Source of the DNA: Candidatus Bathyarchaeia archaeon
GTDB taxonomy: Archaea; Thermoproteota; Bathyarchaeia; 40CM-2-53-6
Direction: 5' to 3'
DNA: 64,000 nucleotides
NCBI GenBank assembly: GCA_049513715.1
Contig: JBEKVV010000003.1
Span: forward strand, 32,001 to 96,000
The notes below the pieces were generated by a model, which had not been told where the DNA came from, made no database searches, and worked only from the letters and a program-made list of their open reading frames with translations. A program made the translations under genes and the position numbers. Each line of letters starts with the position of its first letter. The stretch's first letter is position 1. Below are positions 48,465-58,681 of this stretch, piece by piece.

Positions 48465-49265
48465 ATGACTTTGATCGACCATCGAAAAATCGTCGAGTCG
48501 ATTGTCAAGACGATTGAGAATGAGGAAAGTGTGCAGGGCGTCTTTCTCTCGGGTTCCCTAATCAATGAGAGCAAGGATCAGTTTTCAGACATCGACCTCG
48601 GAATCGTCTCAGTCAACAGCCAGGAAGCCTTCGAGAAGTCGTACTCACTGCGGCACGGTATCATCGAAGCTGTCGGTAAGCCGATTGACTCCTTGGAGCG
48701 CGGCTGGGAAAACTGCAAGATGATGACGGCACTCTATGGCAGGACGCAATTTCCCCCTCTTGGGCTCGAAGTTGATGTAATCTTCAGTCAACTCCGTCAT
48801 GTCTCCGAGCAGATACCGTATGCGGATTATGAGATCGTATTTGATAGGTCTGGGATGCTAAGACAGGCACTGGCCAAGCTTAGCCGTAGGAAACCCAAGG
48901 AAGAAGTCCAGAAGGAAATCCGACTGCACCTAACCAGTTGCCCCTTCTATGTTCATGACGCGCTCAAAGCGCATGAAAGAGGAGATTCACCGCCATTCCA
49001 CATGTTGCTAAATGAAATTCGAAAGCTAGTCTTCTTTGCTGCGGCTGCAAGCAGAGACCAGCAGGTGTACGGATCCAAACGTGGACTGAAATATCTCTCA
49101 GCGAGTGAGCGGCTCTCTTTCGAGTCATCATACTATGGTTTCAACAAGGGCACGGTTCAGAAGCTGACCGACCTTTACGTGGCGAAGCTGAAGGAGTTGG
49201 AGGTGCGTTATCAGGTTGTGCCTGACGTGGAAAAATTTCAGAGAACGTTGAAAGAACTCCTCTGA
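48465..49265 (+). CDS. Pol-beta superfamily nucleotidyltransferase (aminoglycoside/lincosamide NTase-like)
   Basis: LSGS......D.FSDIDL, EVD, FDRSG, helical C-terminal domain; start at ATG 48465. Confidence 0.8.
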   Translation: MTLIDHRKIVESIVKTIENEESVQGVFLSGSLINESKDQFSDIDLGIVSVNSQEAFEKSYSLRHGIIEAVGKPIDSLERGWENCKMMTALYGRTQFPPLGLEVDVIFSQLRHVSEQIPYADYEIVFDRSGMLRQALAKLSRRKPKEEVQKEIRLHLTSCPFYVHDALKAHERGDSPPFHMLLNEIRKLVFFAAAASRDQQVYGSKRGLKYLSASERLSFESSYYGFNKGTVQKLTDLYVAKLKELEVRYQVVPDVEKFQRTLKELL

Positions 49266-49353
49266 GCGGGATAAATGGATAATCACCCCCCCCCAGGGGG
49301 GGACCCTAACTTGAACCACCATCTCCCGCGTATGTGGCCAGAATGATGCTGGC

Positions 49354-51294
49354 TCAGACTTTGAGATGTTGCGTAAAGAATTCCGTGATTCGATTGTAGC
49401 ACGTTACTCTGTTGTTGAATTTTATGACGTCGTGGCCTTCATCTTCAAAGACCAAGTAATCCACAGGTATGCCTCGAGACCGCAACCGTTCAACGACATC
49501 AGCGGTCTCTCTTTCGACGACGCGTGGGTCATTGCGGCCTTGAATCATGAGCATCGGGCACTTGACATGATCAATGTGCACGAAGGGAGAGCGCTCTAGG
49601 AGGAAATCTTTGTCCTTCTGGGGGTCACCAATACTCAAGACAAAGCTTGTGCGCCAGGTTGGAGGCAGCCGTTCCATGAAAGTAATCAGATTGTATGGTC
49701 CGAACATATCAACGCCAGCACTCCAGAGGTTCGGGAATCTTGAAACTAAGGTTAATGTCATGTATCCGCCGTAGGACCTGCCGATTACAGCTCGCTTGGT
49801 GGAGTCGATGCGGTTATCCTTTTCAAGTATCTTCAATCCCTCGACCTGGTCCAACGCGTCATTTCCTCCCCAGTCATGGTCAACCATCTTCATGAACTTC
49901 AACCCGTAGCCGGTGCTTCCTCGAACATTGGGTACGAAGACTGCGAAACCGTTCAGTGTTAGGTATTGGATGAGAGGCATAGAGAACCATGTGAAGTCAG
50001 GTTTCTCTTGGCCCTGAGGTCCTCCATGAACGTAGAGCACGAGCGGGTATGGTTCTTTCAGGCCAAGTGCCTTCGAGGGTAGGTAGAGGCGTGCGCTTAT
50101 CCGTAGGCCATCGAAGCTCTTGAAGCTGGCATCCTCGCCATGGGACAGGTATTTTTCGTCGATTCCTAGCACTCGTTCCGATGATAAGACCGAGTATTTC
50201 CTCTGCTTGGTGGCCCCTGGGTTGAAGAGGTAGAGCTGGGATGGACTTATGGCCTTCGTGAAGGAGAAGGCGTATCCAACCTTTCCCCTCTTTCTAGGTT
50301 CGATAACCCAAGGTTCGATTCCAAGTACGACACCATCCGATGTTGGTGGTTTCCCGACGATTGTCTCTTCAATAGTGAACCGAGGCTTCGAGCCGTCATG
50401 GTACGTTCCCTCGTAAATCCAAGAACAGCCGTCAATGTTGTATTGCAATAGATGTTGATTCCCTTGGACCTTGCGTACATCCACGAGTTCTCCGGCACCC
50501 TTGTGCTTGATTCCGCTTATAGGAACGGGCACGAGTCGAGAAGGATCATCAATTCGAAGATAGGCTAGTGAGCCATTATCGTGGAGCAGAGTGGTCGTGA
50601 ATAGAATGCCCCGCCCGCTCTCAGTGAAGTTGCATCTGGCTATTCCAGATGGAGCGTATTCCTTGTTCTCCTGCCGTTTGTCAATGGGTACGCCGAAGAA
50701 CAGCTCTCGTCTTTCTGTGCCCTCCTTCCAAAGGTATAGAACATTGTCAGCAGCCGTATATCCATCAATCAGAATCACCCGCGAGTGACCTTTGTTGGTT
50801 CCCGCGCAGTAGTTGCCATAGATACTAGTACCGAGCGATGTCTCCCCAAAGGTTTCCAACTCGACTTTGAGGCATTCTATGTCCGGGGTCTTCCTGTCGT
50901 CGCGGTAAAAGTATGCAATGCTTGCATCTCTGTCGTAATGTATGCAGGCAAGTTGCTGCTTCTGATATTTCTCTCCGAAAATCGATTGAGGAATTCCTCC
51001 TTGTAGGGGTATGAAGCAGGGTTGGTAGTTCTCGTCTCCATTGTTGTCTATCATCACCAGAATTCTTTCCAACTTAGGGAAGACGACGAAAGATTCCCCA
51101 ATCATCAAGTGCGGGTTCTGGAGCGCAATTCCTGAAGGCAACAAAGGCTCCGGGAGGCTTCCGTCCCTACTCATGCGATAGAGGCTGATAGCACCACTTG
51201 AATCGCTCAAGAAGTACAAATAATCGTCGACCAATTGTGGCGAAAGCAAACGCCTAGCCGACAGCAAGGATTCTAACGGAAACTTGCTAGTCAA
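49354..51294 (-). CDS. S9 family peptidase (acylaminoacyl/prolyl oligopeptidase)
   Basis: VHGGP, PNVRGSTGYG, GRSYGG, NDPRV, DEGH. Confidence 0.93.
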   Translation of the reverse strand: MTSKFPLESLLSARRLLSPQLVDDYLYFLSDSSGAISLYRMSRDGSLPEPLLPSGIALQNPHLMIGESFVVFPKLERILVMIDNNGDENYQPCFIPLQGGIPQSIFGEKYQKQQLACIHYDRDASIAYFYRDDRKTPDIECLKVELETFGETSLGTSIYGNYCAGTNKGHSRVILIDGYTAADNVLYLWKEGTERRELFFGVPIDKRQENKEYAPSGIARCNFTESGRGILFTTTLLHDNGSLAYLRIDDPSRLVPVPISGIKHKGAGELVDVRKVQGNQHLLQYNIDGCSWIYEGTYHDGSKPRFTIEETIVGKPPTSDGVVLGIEPWVIEPRKRGKVGYAFSFTKAISPSQLYLFNPGATKQRKYSVLSSERVLGIDEKYLSHGEDASFKSFDGLRISARLYLPSKALGLKEPYPLVLYVHGGPQGQEKPDFTWFSMPLIQYLTLNGFAVFVPNVRGSTGYGLKFMKMVDHDWGGNDALDQVEGLKILEKDNRIDSTKRAVIGRSYGGYMTLTLVSRFPNLWSAGVDMFGPYNLITFMERLPPTWRTSFVLSIGDPQKDKDFLLERSPFVHIDHVKCPMLMIQGRNDPRVVERETADVVERLRSRGIPVDYLVFEDEGHDVIKFNNRVTCYNRITEFFTQHLKV

Positions 51295-51518
51295 GGCATA
51301 TTCCTTCTCGATTTCCCACAGTGAACGCGCAGATGTTTACGCCTTTCTGAGTCTCAACGCCCCCTGTACACGGCAACAACCACGCCGAAAAACTCCGCTC
51401 GGTCTTCGCCTGCAGGGGGGTGTGCACACCGCCAGACCCAACAGGCCATCACACACACTAACAACAAACAACAGAACACAAATTGCCGTTTGTTTCTTGT
51501 GTGAGCGCACCAATGGAC

Positions 51519-51980
51519 TTACACACCCAGGAACGGTTGGTGGAGATTCAAGTTGTAGAGGCGGCGGTCGCTTTGAAGGAAGCCTATGGAACGCCAGAAT
51601 ACTGGGGCCAACTCGTTGGTGGGCAATACTTCTAGACTGACCTGCTCAGTCTTCGTTGCTTTTGCCTCTGCGATGAGGCGGGCGGCGAGGGCATGGCCTA
51701 CACCCTTGCGGCGGGAATCCGGATTCACAAAGAAGTCTTGGATTATTAGCATTCTGCCGAACTCCGCAGAAGGCAGATAGAATGCGAACGCCACGCCAAC
51801 GATCACTGTCTTCTCCCGTGCCACCAGGATCAGCCCCGATGATTCATTCTGCAACAGTTGGTCTACAGCCCAAGCGATCTTCTCATGGTTAGGCCTCAGT
51901 CCTTCAGAAGCGTGGTAGGTTGCTATCATTTGCTCGACCTCACTTCGATCAGTAGGAGATGGTCTCTCGATGACGATCAT
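51519..51980 (-). CDS. GNAT family N-acetyltransferase
   Basis: DFFV.P..RRKGVG, LEV...N..A..FW..IGF. Confidence 0.88.
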   Translation of the reverse strand: MIVIERPSPTDRSEVEQMIATYHASEGLRPNHEKIAWAVDQLLQNESSGLILVAREKTVIVGVAFAFYLPSAEFGRMLIIQDFFVNPDSRRKGVGHALAARLIAEAKATKTEQVSLEVLPTNELAPVFWRSIGFLQSDRRLYNLNLHQPFLGV

Positions 51981-52226
51981 GTGCTATGTCAGATTGTGAA
52001 AGGTCATCGGAACGGATTTAGTTTTTGTGTGTGTGGGTGTAGTGGTGCGCACACACACAAGAAAACGCTTGAACTGACGGAGCAAATTACGATGCCCGCA
52101 CCATCAGTGCACATACACGAAAACCGGCGTCGTTCATGTAATTTTGTGCGTATCCAAATTCCAACAGAACCGTAAAGTACATTTGTGTGCGATCGTGATG
52201 CATTTTCGGAGTTGTGTGTTTGAGCA

Positions 52227-52862
52227 ATGGGGAATGAAGTACTGGATGCCATTATGCAGCGACGCAGTATCTATCAGTTCAAGCCTGAGGCAGTCCCTAT
52301 TGAGAAGATTACTTCCATTTTGGAGGCGGGTCGTTGGGCTCCGTCATATGCGAATAGTCAGCCATGGGAATTCATTACTGTAACTGATAGCAAATTGAAG
52401 GAGGAGGTTGTCGAGATAGCGAAGGAAACTATGGCTGCGCATGCAGGAATAGAAGGAGCGCACGCAATCATCGCAACATGTGTGGATCCCGAGAAAGATC
52501 AATACCACTTCATTGAAGACGGTGCTGTAGCAACACAGAACATGGCTCTGGCAGCACATAGCCTGGGGCTAGCGACCTATTGGGTCGGGATATTGAGTTC
52601 TACGAACGATAGGAAATCAGTCGAGCATAGAATCAAGGAGGTCCTGAACATACCTGAAAGGATGCGCTTGATTTCTTTGTTGCCCGTGGGTGTGCCTGCA
52701 TATAGTGTAGAGAAGCAAAGAAAGCGGTTGGAGCAGATTTGCCACATTGACAAGTATGGCAGCAGACCATCAGGTGTGGGAGTAGAGGATCAGGGCAACA
52801 AGACAGAGATGGAAGCACCGAGACATGGAATGAGAGCACAATTGCCCACCACACCAACTTGA
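52227..52862 (+). CDS. Nitroreductase family protein
   Basis: RRSI..F, APS.ANSQPWEF, QNM.LAA.SLGL.T.W. Confidence 0.92.
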   Translation: MGNEVLDAIMQRRSIYQFKPEAVPIEKITSILEAGRWAPSYANSQPWEFITVTDSKLKEEVVEIAKETMAAHAGIEGAHAIIATCVDPEKDQYHFIEDGAVATQNMALAAHSLGLATYWVGILSSTNDRKSVEHRIKEVLNIPERMRLISLLPVGVPAYSVEKQRKRLEQICHIDKYGSRPSGVGVEDQGNKTEMEAPRHGMRAQLPTTPT

Positions 52863-53333
52863 TTGAGTGGATCATGAGCCAACGTCAGGAGAAGACTGGA
52901 CTTGGAACTTATTCTATGCAAGTCTAGCATTAAGGAGATTCATCGAAGACCTGAAGAAAGATAACAACTAGGTCCCTTCGAACGAGTGAGATCCGAAGCC
53001 TAGCAGACCTAGAGCCTGTATTAGAGGACGCGCATCCTTGGACAGTCTAAGAAGTCCTTTCCATCGTATTGACTGAAAGTTGGGTTCTTTGTTCTTTCCG
53101 GAATTGCCGAACATTCGACGCAACAAACCATGTCTCAATGGGCAGATTGAGAATGCTTACAAGCACGAGGGGAATTGCGATCCATACGAATCCTAGCCCC
53201 ACAAGTCCGAATCCTATAGGAAGCAAGACCGTTAGGTTTCCAGTCTCTTGGGGAGGGTACCAATGGTGCGCACCCACGAACCCACTTCCAACACCTGGGT
53301 CGCGCTTGAACAACAGCTACATCAAATTGCGGA

Positions 53334-53882
53334 CTAAATCATTATGGCGGCCGCGATTGCTGTCGTCCACAGTCCGTCTTTGTTGCCTTCCACCGATTGG
53401 CAAATGCTTCTGGTAGTAACCCTCTTGCCAGATATGTTCCATATCTCTTGCTTGATGTCCCAGGCGTTGTCGACGTCAAACGGCACACCGTATGTCGACG
53501 CGAGCATTGATGCAGCCAGATCTTCCGCATAGTCACCAGCTCTCTCCTGAGTCTGACCGTACGACTTGTGTTCAGAAAGGTAACCATACAAGGTCCGGTC
53601 ATTCGGCATTGCCATTCCTACGGATGTAGCGATCAACCTATTGGGTTCATTTGTGTCGATGCGACTCATCACGCAGAACAGGATCTGACCAGGTTTCAAT
53701 AGCGCCAAGCCCTCGTTCTTGGACAACACCGTGCAGTTTGGAGGCAAGATACTTGACACGTAAACTAGGTTGCAGGAGGCGATTCCCGCGTCGCGAAGAG
53801 CTAATTCGAAACTCGCCAATCTTTCTTTGTGAGTACCCACACCTTTTGTGAGGAATATCTTCTCAGGTATGTGAGCGTTCAT
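53334..53882 (-). CDS. pdaD: Pyruvoyl-dependent arginine decarboxylase
   Basis: SFELALRDAGI...NLV.VSSILPP self-cleavage site, YGYLSEH, WTT..AA. Confidence 0.92.
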   Translation of the reverse strand: MNAHIPEKIFLTKGVGTHKERLASFELALRDAGIASCNLVYVSSILPPNCTVLSKNEGLALLKPGQILFCVMSRIDTNEPNRLIATSVGMAMPNDRTLYGYLSEHKSYGQTQERAGDYAEDLAASMLASTYGVPFDVDNAWDIKQEIWNISGKRVTTRSICQSVEGNKDGLWTTAIAAAIMI

Positions 53883-54162
53883 CTGAAATTCTGGTCCACA
53901 GTGTTTCTCAGACATTCTTGAAGATTGTCATCGCCTATGATATGTCTCGCGCATTCAAGCAGTTTTCGTGTAGGTGCGCACCATTGATACCCCCCCAGAA
54001 CCACTAATACTCGAGAAGCAACGATGCCTTGGCGAGAATACACGGCGCCCACTTCTCACTTCTTTTTCCTACCTTTCATCCACGTGTGACGCGCTTTAGT
54101 TATTCGCGGAAATACTTCGAAAAGAAGCGATTGCCAGAGGTCGATTTTGTGTGTGGGTCCAG

Positions 54163-54290
54163 TGGTGCGGCCGCCGGGATTTGAACCCGGGCGTCTCCTC
54201 GCCTTTTTGGGGCGATCAGAAGCGTGGCAGGCTTACGTCAGCAGACCAATGTCGCTGTTCCCGTCCTAGACCAGGCTAGACTACGGCCGC
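54163..54290 (-). tRNA. tRNA-Gly(GCC) with two introns (29/30: 54233-54258; 45/46: 54193-54216), CCA encoded
   Basis: Removing 26- and 24-nt BHB-bounded inserts gives a 78-nt cloverleaf: GCGGCCG/CGGCCGC, stem GGAGC/GCTTC, loop CT-GCC-AC; CTTTAAAT box upstream. Confidence 0.92.
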
Positions 54291-54857
54291 TTCGAGCTAA
54301 ACTCAAACCTATTTCTCTATTTAAAGAAACTAAGTTCGAATTTCGCGCGAGCGACACAAACGCTGTGACAGAAATAATAGCCTTTCTAGGTGGCACGTAA
54401 ACCGTAATGTCATGCGGTCGGCTCGTCAACGACGCCCTCATCGGACAGCCACCCCGGATCCTCCCGCCTTTTCCTTCTCCGGTCCTCTTCTAGATGACGA
54501 CTATAGTTCTTGAAGGAATTTCGGCGGACAAATAATGAATTATCGGCAGACGAAATTCCAGCCTTCTTGGCCAAAGTTAAGGACCCCGGCGCCAAACCCC
54601 AAGGCCGCAAAAACGAATCTGCGTAGCTACTCAACCGGCAGTGACCAGAAAGAGCCTACGTATGATTGGATTCACTCTCCGGGAGCGTTGCTGTATTACT
54701 TCATCAGTTTGAAATATAGTACGTATGTTATGGGGCGGCCTATGCTCACGCCGTCCTAACTGACAGTGGGCTTTAAGGCCGAAAACTCAGAAGTTTAAGG
54801 CCGCGTACCGGTAAATCAAACAGTGAAGGAACCAAACCAACAAGCAGCACGGAGACT

Positions 54858-57248
54858 GTGAGTGACATGGAGCCATACGTGAAATCCTTTGCCAAAATTG
54901 GCATAGAGGACCTTCCAACGGTTGGGGGAAAGAACGCCTCCCTGGGAGAACTAACCAGGATAGGAATGCCCGTCCCATCAGGCTTTGCATTGACTGTGGA
55001 ATTTTACAGGGAATTCCTGAATGGGAACGGACTTAGGGACTATATCAGTGACCAGCTGGTAGGCCTGGACATCAATCACGTGGCACGCCTCCAGAAAACT
55101 GGCAAGAACATACGCGCGAAGATATTGTCGTCAGAGTTTCCATCACATTTGAAGGAAGAAATCAGGAAAAACTATGCTCATCTGGACAACGGCAAAGCCG
55201 TTCCGGTCGCTGTGAGGAGCAGCGCCACGGCTGAAGACTTAGCCGACGCATCATTCGCGGGCCAGCAGGATACTTACCTGAACATCGTAGGCGAGCAAAG
55301 AGTGCTTGACAGCGCAAAGAAGTGCATCGCATCCCTCTTTACCGACAGGGCGATCAGCTACAGGGAAAAGAGAGGGTTCGACCACCTTGACGTTGGCTTG
55401 AGCGTCGGAATCCAAAGAATGGTTAACAGCGAAGCGGCGGGCGTGATGTTCACCCTCGACCCCGACTCCGGTAATGAAAATGTCATGCTTATTGATTCAA
55501 GCTGGGGCTTGGGCGAGTCAGTCGTCAGTGGGAAGGTGATTCCGGACCAGTTCTTCATCTACAAGAAAAACGGAGAGATAGTTTCAACCAGATTGGGCCA
55601 GAAAGAGACCTACACAAAATACCACAGCGGCGGAACAGTATTCGCAAAGACACCGCCGAAGAAGCGAGCTCAGTTCTCTCTGAGCAGAGACCAGGTCAAA
55701 GCGATTGCTGAGCTGGGAAAGAAGATTGAGGAACATTACGGCAAAGCAATGGACATAGAGTGGGCCGTTGACGGAGACAACATCTACATTCTCCAAGCCC
55801 GACCCGAAACTGTACAATCGTCAAAGGGTAACTTGGAAGAAATCTACCACCTGAAAGGCGAGGGCAAGATTCTCGTCGAAGGGATTGCGGTTGGCGGAAA
55901 AATAGGCCAAGGCAAACCCATAGTCATGGCCGACGTAAGCGAGATGAAAAACTTTCAGCCGGGACAGGTTCTGGTCACTAGGGAGACGACGCCTGCCTGG
56001 ACGCCAATAATGGAAAAGTCCGCCGCCATCGTCACGGAGCAAGGGGGAACTACATCACACGCAGCCATAGTTTCAAGGGAACTAGGAAAACCATGCGTCG
56101 TGGGCGCTAGGCGAGTCACGCAATTGCTCAACAATCACAAGAACCCCATAACCGTCGACTGCAGCGCAGGCGTAGGCCGGATCTATGAAGGAGCGGTACC
56201 GTTCGAGATTGAAACCTTCGACCTTCGCACACTGCCAAGAACCCGAACTAAAGTCATGATGAACATGGCCGTGCCCGAGGGCGCGCTTGCACACGCCAAG
56301 AAAGCCGACGGAGTCGGACTGTTGAGGATTGAGTTCGTGTACGGAAGCAATGTTGGAATTCACCCAGGAGCCCTGCTCAACTACAAGACGCTAAAGAAGA
56401 ACCCGCGCAAATTCTTCCGCGCACGACCCACCGCCAGAGATCGACAGTACCTCAAACACGCCCTCGCAGAAATTGACATTAGGACACGCGGTTACGATGA
56501 CAAGCCACAGTTCTTGGTTGAGAAGTTGAGGGAGGGCCTAGCCATAGTGGCCGCCGCCGTAGACCCCAAGCCTGTCATAGTGAGATTTTCTGACTTCAAG
56601 TCTAACGAATACGCCGCCTTGGTTGGGGGGCAGATCTTCGAAAAAGGAGAGAACAATCCTATGCTGGGGTGGAGGGGCGCCTCAAGGTACCCACACGCAG
56701 ACTTCGCAGAAGCATTCAGGTTAGAGTGCCGCGCCCTAAGGGAAGCGAGGGAACTCGGGCTTCACAACATCATACCGATGATACCCTTCGTCAGAACGGT
56801 CGACGAGGCAAAGGCCGTACTGGAATTGATGAAAGCCGAAGGCCTGGAAAAGGGCAAGAACGGATTGCAAGTGTACATGATGGCTGAGATTCCTTCAAAC
56901 GTCTTCTTAGCAGACGAATTCGCCAAACTATTCGATGGCTTCAGTATTGGTTCCAATGACCTAGCATCCCTGATTCTAGGCGTCGACAGGGACAACGCGA
57001 AACTAGCGAAGACCACCTTCGATGAACGAAACCCAGCCGTCAAGATGGCCCTCGAACACCTGATCAAAACCGCTCACAAGAATGGCATCAAGATTGGAAT
57101 CTGTGGGCAGGCGCCCAGCGACTACCCTGAGATCGTTGAGTTCCTAGTAGAGAACGAAATAGACAGTATCTCATTGAATCAGGACGTTATCGGGAGAATG
57201 AAGCAAGTCGTCGCGAAAGAGGAACAGAAGCTCGGAAAGGCTCCTTAG
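54858..57248 (+). CDS. ppsA: Phosphoenolpyruvate synthase
   Basis: VGGKNASLGE, AVRSSATAED, FAGQQ, GGTTSHAAIVSRE, ENNPMLGWRG, FSIGSNDL, ICGQAPS. Confidence 0.97.
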   Translation: MSDMEPYVKSFAKIGIEDLPTVGGKNASLGELTRIGMPVPSGFALTVEFYREFLNGNGLRDYISDQLVGLDINHVARLQKTGKNIRAKILSSEFPSHLKEEIRKNYAHLDNGKAVPVAVRSSATAEDLADASFAGQQDTYLNIVGEQRVLDSAKKCIASLFTDRAISYREKRGFDHLDVGLSVGIQRMVNSEAAGVMFTLDPDSGNENVMLIDSSWGLGESVVSGKVIPDQFFIYKKNGEIVSTRLGQKETYTKYHSGGTVFAKTPPKKRAQFSLSRDQVKAIAELGKKIEEHYGKAMDIEWAVDGDNIYILQARPETVQSSKGNLEEIYHLKGEGKILVEGIAVGGKIGQGKPIVMADVSEMKNFQPGQVLVTRETTPAWTPIMEKSAAIVTEQGGTTSHAAIVSRELGKPCVVGARRVTQLLNNHKNPITVDCSAGVGRIYEGAVPFEIETFDLRTLPRTRTKVMMNMAVPEGALAHAKKADGVGLLRIEFVYGSNVGIHPGALLNYKTLKKNPRKFFRARPTARDRQYLKHALAEIDIRTRGYDDKPQFLVEKLREGLAIVAAAVDPKPVIVRFSDFKSNEYAALVGGQIFEKGENNPMLGWRGASRYPHADFAEAFRLECRALREARELGLHNIIPMIPFVRTVDEAKAVLELMKAEGLEKGKNGLQVYMMAEIPSNVFLADEFAKLFDGFSIGSNDLASLILGVDRDNAKLAKTTFDERNPAVKMALEHLIKTAHKNGIKIGICGQAPSDYPEIVEFLVENEIDSISLNQDVIGRMKQVVAKEEQKLGKAP

Positions 57249-57655
57249 GTCATACCCATCTTGGCGAGTTTCTGAAAGTCCGTCATGCTCTGGACAAGGT
57301 CTGTCTGGCTCACAATCCCAATTATCTTATCGTGCTCCGTGACGACTAACCGCTTGAGTTGCTTCTCAACCATCTTCCTAGCTGCGTCGATGAGGCTTGC
57401 GGAAGCGTCAATAGTAGCCAACGGCGCCGTCATAATCTCTTGAACAGTCAGTTTTGAGGGATCTGCACTCTGGGCCACAATCTTCTCCAACATGTCACGC
57501 TCGGTGACTATTCCAAAAGGGAGGCCGTCCCGGTTCGCAATCAAGGAGCCTATGTGCCGCTCCACCATCAAACGCGCGGCCTCCTTAGCCTTGGCCTTCG
57601 CGTCGATGGAGATTATCGTTCTCATAATCTGGCGAACTGTCGGTTCAACGCTCAT
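57245..57655 (-). CDS. CBS domain pair protein
   Basis: IGSL, GIVTERD, IMT.PL, GIVSQTDL. Confidence 0.92.
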   Translation of the reverse strand: MSVEPTVRQIMRTIISIDAKAKAKEAARLMVERHIGSLIANRDGLPFGIVTERDMLEKIVAQSADPSKLTVQEIMTAPLATIDASASLIDAARKMVEKQLKRLVVTEHDKIIGIVSQTDLVQSMTDFQKLAKMGMT

Positions 57656-57717
57656 GCTCAATCAACACCGGTAAACTGTTAGATTCGCATTAAAGGATTA
57701 CCTGCTAATCAACCTGC

Positions 57718-58479
57718 TCACCGCGCATATGCGCGGGGCGTCCGATCCTTCAGCACATTGTTCATAGGCGTGACTGATTTATCGCGGGCAAGCCTCAAGT
57801 CTACACTTCGTACGATGCATTCCTCTTTCGTTTTTGACGCTCGGTAGAGGATATCCCCCTTCGGGGTCACAATTTCGGACATTCCGATAAAGCGCAGCCC
57901 GCGCTCCGTGCCTACGCGGTCAGCCGTGACAGCGAAAACCTTGTTTTCCAGTGCCCGAATCTTCATCGACTCAGGGCAGTGAGGTAGGACAAGATTCGAA
58001 GGGTGGGCGATTAATTCCGCTCCTTTCAACATGAGGGTTCGAGTGGATTCTGGGAAATACCAGTCGAAACAAATCATTACTCCGATTCTGCCGAAGACTT
58101 TGAACTCGTTGCCGGGTTTAAAGAACTTCTTCTCATTCCAGAACAAATGCACCTTCCGAAACGTGCCTAAGTACTTGCCATCTTTGACGACGGCCGCTGA
58201 GTTGTAGAGGCTTTGGCCTTTTCGCTCTGCGATGCCAGCAACAATCGTACTTCCCTGTTCTTTGGATAGGCCCATCAGGGTTCGCGTGGTGTTACCCTCC
58301 GGTATCGGCTCTGCCACGCGTGCAGCGTCCTGACGGTTCCGGAAATTGTAGCCGGTGTTGAATAGTTCTGGAAGAACAAACAGATCTGCTCTCTTGTTGC
58401 CAATCAACCGCAGCGCCCGGTCAACGTTTCCCTCCACATCAAGGAGATTCGCATTGTTCTGCACAAACCCTACTCGCAT
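57718..58479 (-). CDS. Nitrilase/carbon-nitrogen hydrolase family protein
   Basis: LPEL, RKVHL and ICFDWYFPE (E-K-C triad). Confidence 0.93.
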   Translation of the reverse strand: MRVGFVQNNANLLDVEGNVDRALRLIGNKRADLFVLPELFNTGYNFRNRQDAARVAEPIPEGNTTRTLMGLSKEQGSTIVAGIAERKGQSLYNSAAVVKDGKYLGTFRKVHLFWNEKKFFKPGNEFKVFGRIGVMICFDWYFPESTRTLMLKGAELIAHPSNLVLPHCPESMKIRALENKVFAVTADRVGTERGLRFIGMSEIVTPKGDILYRASKTKEECIVRSVDLRLARDKSVTPMNNVLKDRTPRAYAR

Positions 58480-58681
58480 CCTTTTTGCCTTCTTTGTAGT
58501 GGTTGGATGTGTGGAATCCTGCTGAAGAACTCAGAGCATTTTGCATATTTACCTCTGCCTGAAGGCTCTCAAACGTCGGCAGTTTTCGTGGTCAGTGTCG
58601 GAGTGTGTGCAAAATGAAACTGGCCATATCTGATTCAGAGTAGCTAACCAAGTCAGGTGGCCCTGAGAGCTTCATCTATCT

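Larger units (their letters stand above)
51490..54190. repeat. Cluster 2 of tRNA-3'-end-derived sites in alternating orientation (cores 51506+, 52043-, 52097+, 53264-, 53977+, 54163- in tRNA-Gly)
   Basis: CGCACCA core with TTC(T)TGTGTG or T-loop left arm and ACCCACACAC or ACCCCCCC right arm. Confidence 0.8.

Noticed and set aside
53047..53313. 88-aa membrane protein as an intact gene
   Set aside because: Its 5' part reads through the repeat site at 53264; at most a gene fragment.
54410..54760. Short ORFs between tRNA-Gly and ppsA
   Set aside because: No coherent frame or motif; possibly a decayed gene.
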